A DNA stretch of 59,701 nt, counting the filler, from Jimgerdemannia flammicorona (lineage: Eukaryota): assembly GCA_003990765.1 (NCBI GenBank). It is 3 parts of 3 records of this genome, joined end to end, with 100 filler letters (N's around TTAATTAATTAA, not from the genome) between each part and the next. Parts side by side here need not be neighbours in the genome. Positions count along the whole stretch, not along the records: positions 1 to 19,835 come from RBNJ01001837.1; positions 19,936 to 39,768 come from RBNJ01001838.1; 1 more part is not named here. One strand, 5' to 3'. The notes below the pieces were generated by a model that saw only the letters and a list, made by a program, of their open reading frames with translations, had not been told where the DNA came from and did no database searches. Below are positions 10,309 through 21,328 of the stretch, piece by piece. The position numbers and the translations under genes are program-made. Positions within the stretch are counted from its first letter, which is position 1. Every line of letters begins with the position of its first letter.

Positions 10309-13300
10309 AACAAAGCCCTAGCCCAACCTACTATGAGCAAAGAAGAACAATTCTATAAGAAAATCGAAGATGGATATGTACCAAGTGGCCAATGCCCTCA
10401 TGGTATTGGAATGTACTTTTCCCAAATGATTGATAATTGCTTCTCTTGTGTCAACGAACTGGCTCAAAGAAGAACCAATAGAAGGAAAGCTCCTATAATG
10501 GAAATTACCACCATTGGATCAGACAAACTACTCACCCTTAAGGCTTTTACCAATGGAGCACCTGTCAAGATTATGATAGACAGTGGTGCCTCAGGCAACT
10601 TCATCAATGAAGAAACAGCCAACAGACTCAAGGTCTTCACCTCTCCAGTACAGAAAACTCAAGTAGTTGCTACAGCTGATGGAACCTCATATGTTATTAG
10701 CAAAGAAGTCCGCAATCTACCCTTCCGAATTGGCGACTACCGAGTACATATTACCCTCCAAATCGTACCACTTCCTGACAATGAAATCATCCTTGGAGCT
10801 CTATGGTTAAAACAAGAGAACCCTATGATTGATTGGGTAAACCATTCCCTGACCATCAAGAAAGGACGCCACAACTTCAAACTACAAGGCGAAAAGGACC
10901 CACTCAACTCTAGGGACCCTGGACCAAAGATCACTCATATCAACAAGCTACAACTCAAGAAATTGGCCAAGTAATACCCTCTCTTTGCTATCTCCATCCG
11001 ACCATCCAAAGGAGAACCCGAGAACTCTGAAGAAGATTTTTCCAAAGTTGACAGCTATGTCAGACCACTACTCCAGAAATTCCGAGACATATTTCCAAAG
11101 AAGCTACCAAAAGGCCTACCTCCCAAACGAGCAGTAGACCATGCAATCAAGACTATTCCAGATGCCAAACCAGCCTTCAAGTCAATCTACCACATGTCTC
11201 TGAGAGAAATTGATGCACTCAAGAAGGAAATTGACAAACTCCTAGAACAAGGATTCATCAGATCCAGTGTATCACCCTATGATACACCAGTCCTCTTTGT
11301 TGTCAAAAAAGGAGGAGACCTGTGAATGTGCATTGACTACCGCAATCTCAATGAACAGACTATCAAGAACTGTTGCCCACTACCGAGGATTGATGAAATA
11401 TTCGATAGGCTCACCAACCCATAATTCATGAGCTCTTTTGACCTGTGAAATGGTTACTGGCAAATTGCCATGAAAGAAGACGACATCTACAAGATAGCTT
11501 TCCGAACTCACTATGGATACTTCGAGTTCCTGATTATGCCCTTTGGCTTAACTAATGCTCCAGCAACCTTCCAGACACTGATGAATACTATTCTGCATCT
11601 ATACCTAGACAAATTTATTATTATCTACATTGACGACATCCTAGTCTTCAGCAAAACCCTAGAGGAACATCTCGAACACCTTGAACTAGTATTACTGAAA
11701 CTCCGAGAAAACCAACTCTTTGCAAAACTCAGTAAGTGCGAATTTCTCCTGAAAGAAATCCAATTCCTTAGACACATTGTCACTTTGAATGGAATCAAAG
11801 TAGACTCCAGCAAAATCTCTGCAATCAAAGGTTGGCCCAGACTGAAGAAGCTGAAAGACCTCTAGTCATTCTTGGGACTAGCAAACTATTACAGGCGATT
11901 TGTTGCCAACTTTGCTAAAATCGCTACCACTCTCACCCAAATGACCAAGTATAGCAAGAAACAAGAACAACCCTGGACCATGAAACAAGAGAAGGACTTC
12001 AACAATCTTATAACTTGGGGACCTGAACAAGATACCACCTTTCAAGCACTGAAAGATGCTCTGATAACCACATCAGTACTTCAAGCAGCAAACCCTGCCC
12101 TACCATATGAAGTCACTACTGATGCCTCTGACCTAGCTCTTGGAGCAGTGCTCATGCAAGAAGGGCACCCTGTGGCCTATCACTCCCACAAGTTCAACAA
12201 TGCCGAAATCAACTATGCAACTCACGAGAAGGAAATACTAGCCATCGTAGACACTCTGATAAAATGGCGACCATATCTAGAAGGAGCACACTTCACTGTA
12301 TTGACTGACCACAAGTCATTAGTTAACATCAAGACATAGGCTACCCTTTCTTGAAAGTAAGCCAGATGGATGAAAGTCCTCACCAACTTTGACTATGAAA
12401 TCCAGTACCGCCCTGGCAAGGAAAATATTATTGCCGATGCAATCTCCAGATCACCAATTGAAGAGGTTATCCAAACTCTGACCTTGGTTACCAACTCCAT
12501 CATGGAACAAATTATCACAGCATGTGCAGATGATAAGGAAGCTCAAGTACTCTGAGAAATCCTGAACAATGATGATGCTGACAAGCATACCCGGTACAGT
12601 CAATACCAACTCAAGGACAATGCTATTTACTACAAGGACAGATTGTATGTTCCAAACAACCGAGACCTCCAAAGGACTATCCTATTCGAATGTCATGATA
12701 CCCCTACAGCTGGACATTTAGGATTTGATAAATGTTACGAAGTTATCTCCCGAAACTTCTATTGGCCCCGCATGGCAGATCAGCTCAAAACCTACATCAC
12801 TTCCTGTGATGCCTGCCAACGAAACAAGTCCTCAACACTAGCAAAACCCAGCTTACTTCACCCTATCTCAGTACCATCTGCAAATTGGGAACAAATCTTT
12901 ATAGACTTCATTGTACAACTACTCTGAACCAAGAATGGGAAAGATGCAATTGTTGTCTTTGTAGACTATCTCAGCAAACAAGCCCACTTTGTGCCTACTA
13001 TCACTACTGCAACAGCACCAGAAATAGCCACACTCTTATTTGATAACATCTTCCGCTATCATGGTCTTCCCAAGATCATTGTTAGTGACTGAGATCCGAA
13101 ATTCACCAGCCACTTTTGGAAAGCCCTCTATGGCCACCTTGGAACAAAACTTGCACTATCCACAGCCTTTCACCCAGAAACTGATGGACAAACTGAAAGA
13201 ATGAACTGAACTCTGAAACAAATGCTAAGGAACTATGTTTCCTACAGACAAGATGACTGGCATGAACACCTCACCGCAGTTGAGTTTGTCTACAATAATA

Positions 13301-14381
13301 GCAAGCAAGCCTCTCTTGGAATGATCTCATTCTTCACCAACACTGGACAAAATCCAAACACCCCTTTGACACTTATCCGAACTACTGAAGAACCCTCCAC
13401 AGTCGAAGCCATTGAAGAATTCTTACTCCGAATGCGCAATTTAAGCCAGATTGCCATTGAGAATTTATCGCGAGCTCAAGAACAACAATCACAGTATGTT
13501 AACCAACATCGCTGAGAAGAAACCTTTGATATTGGAGAAAAAGTTCTACTAGACATCAGAGGATACTGAGTTGACAACCTCAAGCACAGACCATCTACAA
13601 AGCTGAACAGCAAGTTCATTGGACCATTTGAAGTTATTGCACAAGTCTCTCCAACCTCCTACAAACTGGCACTATCAGACACCATTAAGATTCACCCAGT
13701 CTTTAATGTTCAATGTCTCAAGTGATACAATGACAATGATGATGAGTTATTTCCAAATCAGACCATGAAACCACCTGCACCTATCATCATTAATGACCAA
13801 GAAGAGTATAAAGTTAAACAAATCCTCAACAAATGTGGCAACAAGAGCCACCCTGAGTACCTTGTCAAATGGAAAGGTTATCCAATCCATGATGCAACCT
13901 GGGAACCCAAGACCAACCTTCAGAATGCTACCGATCTAGTTCAGGAATATGATTCCTTGAACAACTAGAACCAAATACTCCACACCTATCAGTACACACT
14001 ATATATTATCCTCCCGAACACTATAATTATTGCAAACCAAATCAAGAACTCAGCAAAACAAGACAAGAATACTGACCCTCTGGAAAAATAGCAAAACTGA
14101 AAGCAAGCCTATTCTCCCCATATCACTGGTGGGAAATGAGGCATAGACATTTAAGAAGATTTCTTAGAGGAAATTCTCCAGCAGTGAATGACATCAGAAT
14201 CACTTCCGGTGCATGGCATTGAACACACGACCCTTTAACGTGTGAATCCAATGCATTAGGCAACTGTACTATAAGCATACTACTTTCTGAGAAAAATGGA
14301 CTTCACCGAACTTTTAACCTCCCAAATGGTGTAACAATACTAGAACAAAATTAGAAGGCCCCAATGAGGACGTCGAAAGCT

Positions 14382-14394
14382 AAGAAGGGGAGAG
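14382..14394 (+). promoter_or_regulatory. Polypurine tract
   Basis: AAGAAGGGGAGAG immediately before the 3' LTR. Confidence 0.9.
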
Positions 14395-14395
14395 T

Positions 14396-16423
14396 TGTAA
14401 GTGCACAACCTCCAAGCCACTGAAATTACACATGACCTCTGAATAAATCTGGAAATCACCTGCTTGATCATAAAGCTGAGTCAAACCGAAGTCACAGCGC
14501 ACAAAGCTGAGTCAATACGAAGTCACAGAACACAAGATTTACACAAATAGAATCTTACCAATTAGGACCAAATGCATATATACTGAGCACTGAGATGTAT
14601 CGAATCAGAGAACCAAAATAAACAATAACCACAACTTCCAAATACACAAACATGACCACTGAGATCTACAACTGTATCCGTGCTGACATTTGGAATGCCA
14701 TTGTTAACCAAGCCATACCCCCTCTGCCCCTTATAAATATCCATAGCCTGGCACCCCTCTACTTCATGGAAGCCTGATGGAATGCCCTGAACATGCTTAG
14801 CAAGGCCCACCGAATTGGACAAATCTCAAGCTACTACCAGATTGACCGCCTTCTGGAAGACATGGTTGAACACCACCATGATACAGACATTACCCAGATG
14901 TCTCAACACCAGAAGCTCATCACCCGCAAACATCGAGAACTTTTCTATGAGTACAGTACTATTATTTCCTGCCTCCAAGTTACTACCAGCAAAATGGTTG
15001 CTACCCTGTCCTATGGCCAAATCGATGACATGATATAAGAACTTAATTACAAGTATCTCGAGTACGTCAAAACTACAGACAGAACCTTCCTACACCCCAA
15101 TGATCAAATCCTGCAAATGCCCCAAGTTGGATACACCATGAAGGACATCTACGATATAATCCACTTTGATGAAGATGAAGCAGAAGACAATGATCCCTCC
15201 GATGCCAACATGACCTCTAGCCAAGGATCTCTGCCAACCCTGATCACTCTGCCAACCTTGCCAATGAACTTACAACAGTTCATAACTACATATGAGACTT
15301 ATTGGGACAATGACTACTAGCATGAACACCAATCTGCATTTACTCCTGATTACTTCAACTACAATGAAGAGATCGGAGAACATAACCTGTACCTCCAGAC
15401 AACCCTCGAGATTGAACCAACTACTCCACCACCTGAGTACGAGTGATATGAACTACAGCCGCCAGCTTACTACAATCCTACAACTCATAGTGCTATAACC
15501 TATAGAAGGTACATAGACAGTGAATCCGATGAAAGCAAAGACAATATACCCATCCTTCGCCCACCAACACCTTATCTAGCCTACGAGACAGATGATGCTA
15601 TCCTATGAGATAGAGATGAAGTCCCAATATATTACTACCTCAGCGAACAAGGAGAAGTAATCCGCGAACCACTATTCCTAGACAACTACTTCATCAGAGA
15701 TGATGCAATTGATGGTGATGTCATCGAAGACTACCCAGACAGTGTCTAAACCATAAATAGCCTAGCAGTCATAGTATAGTTAGATTAGTCTTGTATGATG
15801 TAATTGTGAACTGACTCAGCAGTCAGACAATCTCTTGACATGTTAGATTACTATTATACTATGTGACTGCATTCCGACTCAGCAAGGCACTAAGTGCTAT
15901 ATCCATATTTAGCATAGTCCAGATAGCCCCTCACTAGTATAAATACCCCCTCTCCCAGACCTCAGAATCTCAGACTCAAATACATGAGAACATTCCTGAA
16001 TACTTCCCACAATATCCCTTCACACAAATACTCCTAGTATAGCAATATCATAAATAGCAAATAAACCTATTCTATAACCCACAAACCACTCTTAAGTAAA
16101 TCCGCTCCCTGTTAGGTCCCACTCCTAACCACATCATGAATTTCCTAATTGGGTATTGCCTGCAGCAATACGCCAATTCAACTAAGCTAGTCTTAGTTTC
16201 TTAAACTTCCTGAAATACGGAAAATCCTGAACATCTAGAACTAGTCCAAAAAAAGGACTTTGGTTGAGACATCAACCCGATCTTGAAATCAATAAGCATA
16301 AAGGACGTACTCCATATGAAATTGATCTTGACCATAAGAAAACAGTCTTTCAGAACATCCAGAATATCCAGAAAACCTTTCCAGAATTACATAACGGTTA
16401 CTCTAAAAAGTAACCCTCTTATA
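14396..16423 (+). repeat. 3' LTR (2028 bp)
   Basis: Copy of 5846-7873; terminal CA mutated to TA; followed by TSD CTAAC. Confidence 0.97.
14652..15749 (+). pseudogene. LTR-embedded ORF, 3' LTR copy
   Basis: Same frame and length as 6102-7199; private stops at 15036, 15318, 15444 and 15606 are sense codons in the 5' LTR; only TGA 14775 is shared. Confidence 0.8.
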
Positions 16424-16864
16424 CTAACCCTTATAAAAACTGCTCCACCCACTGGTCCCAGGCCTTGATGAGTCTATCATCCATTATGAGTATGATGACT
16501 ATTGTGTCCAAGCTCTCCTCAAAGATGATGGTGCTATAGTAGTTGTGTAGTTAGAAGAGAACAGCTATGTTGGCTGCAAACAGGACCCCAAAACCATAGG
16601 TGAGGTCATACCAGACTCTGCCACTATCCTCCCAGGTTGGGCCCTTCCTTTCTGGGACATAAAATATTACCAGAGTGACATTGTTGTCTGTGTGTATGGG
16701 TAGAGAAAGGTTGTGTCTGACATATCCTGATGTGATATGAGCATATGGTTGGGTGAACCCTTGGTCCAGGACCTCATACTGCCAGGCTGTGCTGATGAAT
16801 GCCTATCCTTGGTCTAGCCCCAGGAGCCCTGGCTTGGAAATCTGTCAAAATAGATGGCAACCAG

Positions 16865-18470
16865 TTAGTCCTTTTTGTATGTAGGAGGGCAGAAACCCCC
16901 TGAGCTGCAGAAACCCCCTAGGCCACAGAAACCCCCTGGGCTACAGCACTCCAAAAAGGTGGAGCTCCTTATCTCATATGGCATACTAAATTGTGCCAAG
17001 AATGTACATACAGCTGTGCTGAGATCACCACCAAGCTGGCCTGCTGTATGCTCTACCAATCTACTCAAAGAACTCTAGATCATAGCCACCATCACTGTAC
17101 AGACCATGTCATACTCACATACAGTTTGCTTTTCAATGATACTTCTAAAGTTCCAGTAGAGGTACAGAATCTTGTGCATCTTTGGATTTGTATCAAAAAG
17201 AGTATATTGGCGAAGAGTGTGATTTATCTGAAGAGGAGTAAAAAAAAAGAGAGACAAGTGTGGGGGATTTCAGAACTCTGGAACCCACCCTTCACCAGTG
17301 TTACAGTATACCCAATTCCCATCCAAACCCCCCCTCCTTGCTTTTTTTATCCCCTCTTTCCTACTATCCAGTATTTGACACAATCCTTGCAAATCTTATT
17401 GATGTGGTGGCAAAGCTTATCACTATAGAGGTTTCTTACCACCATTGCAACCACCTCTCTATGTTCATTAATAAAGATATAGTTCTTTTCATCATTGGTT
17501 ACTCCTACTGGCCAATGGACCTCTTGGTTGAGAACAATTGGCTCTGATTTAAATATAGACCCCCAAGCCTTGATAACAATACTAGTACTGCTTATGCTGA
17601 ACATCTTGCCCTTGAATTTCTCTATTTGATCAGACACTAGATGTGGTTGAACTTGGGTAACTTTGAACTCTCCTTTCCAATGGAACTGAGCCCTGATATG
17701 AGGGATCGAGATAAGTGTATGGATGGGTTGTGTGCAGATGGGTTGCATGCAGATGAGTTGTATGTGGGTGAGTTGCATACAGGTGAGTTGTGTGTAGGTG
17801 TAGGTATTTTTTAGGGAGAGACCACATAAAAAATGAAATTAAATAAAATATGGAGATGGGTATTTCAGAAAAAGAACATGAGTGAGTGAGTGAGTGAGCT
17901 ACATACTGATGAGTTGTACACTGACAAGTTGCATAAGTTGCATAAGATTGCTCACGAAGGCTTACTTCTGTTCATTTTGAGACCTCCACTATGTGATGCA
18001 TTGACTCAACAGCTCAGTCACCAAAGGCATGCCCTGCAACATCCTCCAACCTTTCTTCATCTTGATCAGATGTTGTGAATAAAGTCGGCAGATCTCACTG
18101 TAGAGCTGTAGACCCTAAGAAGAGCACGAGGTGAATTAGGTCATGCTGGGGGAATTTAAACAAGTAAAAAGTAGCAGCAGAAAAGAGCAACCTACATCTA
18201 CTATCAGCTGCTTCAAAAAGGCTACTGTATACATAGCTGTGAGGTCTGTGAATTCCAAGGTCCAAAGGGCCACCATGAGTTGTTACCAGAATTTACCCTT
18301 ATCTCCACCATTGCCATCACCATTGCCATCACCATCGCCATTGCCATCACCACTGCTGTCACTCCTTTGGCTTCAATGAGCAGCTTGTATGCTGCCTATA
18401 TGAGAAAGAATCTAACATTGTCAGCAGAGAGTGCATTTCCACCTTGAATACTCCCTCTTTTGACAATCAT
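16865..18470 (-). pseudogene. Multi-exon cargo gene of the hAT element, unknown function
   Basis: Exon-like blocks with GT/AG borders at about 18470-18200, 18144-17966, 17692-17364 (AQFHWKGEFKV...CKDCVKYWI) and 17227-16865 (INHTLRQYTLF...GGF repeats, TAA); convergent with the transposase and inside the TIRs. Boundaries approximate. Confidence 0.6.
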
Positions 18471-18674
18471 TACAGGGTGAAAAATGAGTAGACTGGACCA
18501 ATATACAAATTAAGGGCTACTGTTTTGTTTGCTCGTGATGCAGCAGGAAAGAACAAAGAAAAAGAATAAAGAAAAGAGAGGGAACAAAGAAAAGGGTGAT
18601 ATCACCAAAGTGTGGCAGGAAAAAAAAAAACAAGAGCAAAATGAACAAAAGAAAGGGTAATGTCACCAAAGATT

Positions 18675-18840
18675 TCAATCTGGATGGATCAATCCAAATG
18701 GATCATCTAGATGGATCAATCCAGATGGATCAATCTGGATCAATCTAGATCAATTTGGATCAGATCACGAGATCAATTTAAGTTGATTCGAATCTATCAC
18801 ATGATTAACCTGAATCAAATCTCATCTGGATCAACTCCAT
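18675..18840 (+). repeat. hAT right subterminal repeats
   Basis: Repeated GGATCAATC(CA/TG)GAT units next to the right TIR. Confidence 0.8.
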
Positions 18841-18863
18841 TTGTTCGGAGCACTACTTCTTTA

Positions 18864-19461
18864 TAAGCTTGCCTGATTTGGTCTAGGAATTCTGATGCCA
18901 AGGTGACTTATATAATTATGGCAAGGTCTGGGTGCCTTAATAAGGCATCTGGTACTATAAGTGTCTTGCTAGGCTTGTAGATGATTGTTGGATTGAAGGT
19001 TTGAAGCTTAAGGCTCCACTTGGCTTGTAGATGTAATAGAGTAGATTGAGTGTTGATGTACTTGAGAGATTGATGATCGGTAATGACATCAAACTCAATA
19101 CCTTTTAGATAGCATCACCAGTAGTCTAGTACATATATTATTGCTAGTAGTTCCTTCTCATGAGTGGCTAGCTTTTGTTTAGCTGGGGCCAGCTTGCAGG
19201 ACTCGAAAGTAATAGGGTGATGTCCTTTGCCATCATCTTGTGACAGGACTACTCCAATGGAAAAATTCAATACATCAGTGGTAACTGTGAATTTTAGGCC
19301 TTAATCTGCATTATATAGAACTAGAGCATGAGTCAGACAGTTTTTGAGTTCTTCAAAGACTTGTTGACAGAAGAGATCCCAGGTATAGAGTATATAGTAG
19401 TCTGAGTGTAGGGCCTTCCTCATGTAGTCAGTGGCTCAGCAATACCAGAGAAGTTTCTGAT
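18864..19461 (-). pseudogene. Continuation of the oldest Gypsy relic (RNase H region)
   Basis: Minus strand gives VTTDVLNFSIGVVLSQ, KLATHEKELLAI, FDVITDHQSL and IIYKPSK; it joins the 350-1752 fragment across the hAT TSD. Confidence 0.85.
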
Positions 19462-19835
19462 TAGTGCTCCGAACAAGTCAATTCGAATCAAATCCGGATT
19501 CGATTCGTCACATGACGGTTTGATTCGAATCTCAAATCCGAAGCCATCCGGATCAACTCGGACTTAATCCGAATCACCCCATCCGAATCGCCCCATCCGA
19601 ATCACCCATCCGAACCACCCCAATCCGAATCACTCAATCCGAATCACTCAATCCGAATCGCCCCATCCGAATCGCCCCATCCGAATCACCCATCCGAATC
19701 ACCCATCCGAACCACTCCAATCCGAACCACTCAATCCGAATCACTCAATCCGAATCACTCAATCCGAATCACTCAATCCGAATCACTCAATTCGAATCCT
19801 CCAATTCGAATTCTCCAATTCGAATCCTCCAATTC
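19462..19835 (+). mobile_element. Left end of a second, younger copy of the same hAT family (truncated by the gap)
   Basis: TAGTGCTCCGAAC TIR and subterminal repeats colinear with 1753-2050 but with CpGs intact. Confidence 0.92.
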
Positions 19836-19935
19836 NNNNNNNNNNNNNNNNNNNNNNNNNNNNNNNNNNNNNNNNNNNNTTAATTAATTAANNNNNNNNN
19901 NNNNNNNNNNNNNNNNNNNNNNNNNNNNNNNNNNN
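19836..19935. other. Assembly gap with artificial spacer
   Basis: 44 N + TTAATTAATTAA + 44 N. Confidence 0.99.
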
Positions 19936-21328
19936 GGGGGGGGGGCGTTGTTGATAGTGCCGAGGTGCGACGGGCCGCGATCAACATAAATCCGATAAGT
20001 AAATCTGGGAGGCCTGAACAGAAGGAGGGGGGAGAAACGGAACAACTGAACAGGTCAAAAATTTAAATACACTCAACTCATACTGTATTTTGACAATCGG
20101 TCCAGTCGCCTGACTTCAGAAAAGATCTCGCCCTGGCCTGGAACCTCCCAGGTACAGATACCAGCTCTCGCGCAATCCCCCATCCCCTTCCTTTCACCAT
20201 GACCGATGATTCACTGACCCTTGGCGACCGCGTTTCCCAAGTGGCTCCAAGTCGTCCACGTACCCGTCCCCCCCGTCAAACTACCAGCTCCGCCACCACC
20301 TCGCACAAGCCCAAGCCAGATCTGTGCTGTAGGCCCCGTGACCTGACCGTGCGACGTGTCTGCTCGGCGGCCGGGTCGATCATTCACATCGAGCAGTGTC
20401 CCTGCGTGCGGCCTGTTCGGGTGGACGGGAGCCGGGGCGACGTTGTGTAAGTAAACAGAGCGAGCTTTCTCGTCGCTTGGGTGACGCAAGTGGGCCGTCG
20501 GTAGGACACACTTGGTCATGGGAGCAATAATGGGAGGACGAGCGGTGTTTGACGGGGTTGGGGTGGGAGAGGGTGTGGGAGGGAGATAATGCGTGGGTTG
20601 TAGTTATTGTGTGCTTTACCCTATTCGGGGCGTGCATTAAGTAGATCGGGTTATGACGCAAGCTAGGGTTTGTACTTAAGTATAACAACATTGGGCGAAA
20701 TATTATAACGTTGAGGAGGTCCAGTTCCCACAGCTCAATCAGGAATTGCCTCCTGAACCACCGACGGATTAGTTATGACGAATGGAAAGGGCTTGTTCCG
20801 TGTGGGAATGTTTTTCTGTGGCCTCCAGAAAAGGCGATGTTGCCTTTAGCCAGAAACCGGATCAGCCATGGAAGCAACGGACAATAAAACTGCATTATTA
20901 CGCCCTGCGAAGGCGGGGGGAGGGGATGGGTTGCTTGATTGCATGGGCAGATGTCGAATACCTATCTCCCCTGAAGTCCGAGATCGATATCTACTGACAC
21001 GATATAATCTGGTTTCGGTCGTCGACATTGATGAGTCATTGTGTGGAGTGCACGGACACCTGGAGGACGGTCAAGTTAATTCAGACTTGAGTTGACGTCC
21101 GATAAGGCATGTTACAGAACAGAGAATCCGTTCGGATTGGCCAATTAGTTGTACAAAGTGGACGGAAATGGTCCCAAAGTAACAAAATTCTCTATTGCGG
21201 CCATGTCTCTCCTGACGTGCTGAAGCCACCTCCTCCCCTTCATCAAAACTTTTTCACCTTTTCTCTGCCTCCTGTATATACTCTATTCAACCGCTGTATC
21301 TTTGGTACCCATACCCAAGTCGTCAATA

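Larger units (their letters stand above)
7864..13968 (+). pseudogene. Single-frame gag-dUTPase-pol polyprotein, disabled by point stops
   Basis: All fragments lie in one frame: capsid (LSLPTFNG), zinc knuckle ~9780-9822, dUTPase, protease IMIDSGASGNF, RT (MPFGLTNAPATFQ, YIDD), RNase H (TTDASD, YATHEKE), integrase, chromodomain (EYLVKWKGYPIHDATWEP). Stops are mostly CGA>TGA or CAR>TAR. Confidence 0.93.
5846..16423 (+). mobile_element. Full-length Ty3/Gypsy chromovirus with dUTPase and LTR-encoded ORF
   Basis: Two 2028-bp LTRs, 5-bp TSD CTAAC (5841-5845, 16424-16428), PBS, PPT, and a single gag-pol frame in PR-RT-RH-IN-chromodomain order. Confidence 0.97.
1753..18855 (+). mobile_element. hAT-superfamily DNA transposon, complete, with a nested LTR element
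   Basis: TIRs TAGTGCTCCAAAC (1753) and GTTCGGAGCACTA (ends 18855); perfect 8-bp TSD CTTCTTTA at 1745-1752 and 18856-18863; internal hAT transposase; the interrupted Gypsy pol resumes after the right TSD. Confidence 0.95.

Noticed and set aside
14101..14140. YSPHITGGK resembling a 2H-phosphoesterase motif in the pol frame after the chromodomain
   Set aside because: That frame has about 11 stops in 130 codons, far above the rate in the rest of pol, and shows no convincing second motif.
16440..16860. Coding-like stretch between the 3' LTR and the cargo gene end
   Set aside because: No frame or motif could be supported.
17364..17692. Impression that the hAT cargo exon is TET/JBP-like
   Set aside because: No HxD...H catalytic signature could be found in the supported frame.
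19880..19891. TTAATTAATTAA palindrome inside N runs (also 39813-39824)
   Set aside because: Artificial contig spacer; adjacency across these gaps cannot be trusted.
20199..20691. Several short overlapping ORFs
   Set aside because: No recognisable domain or consistent splice model; next to a gap.
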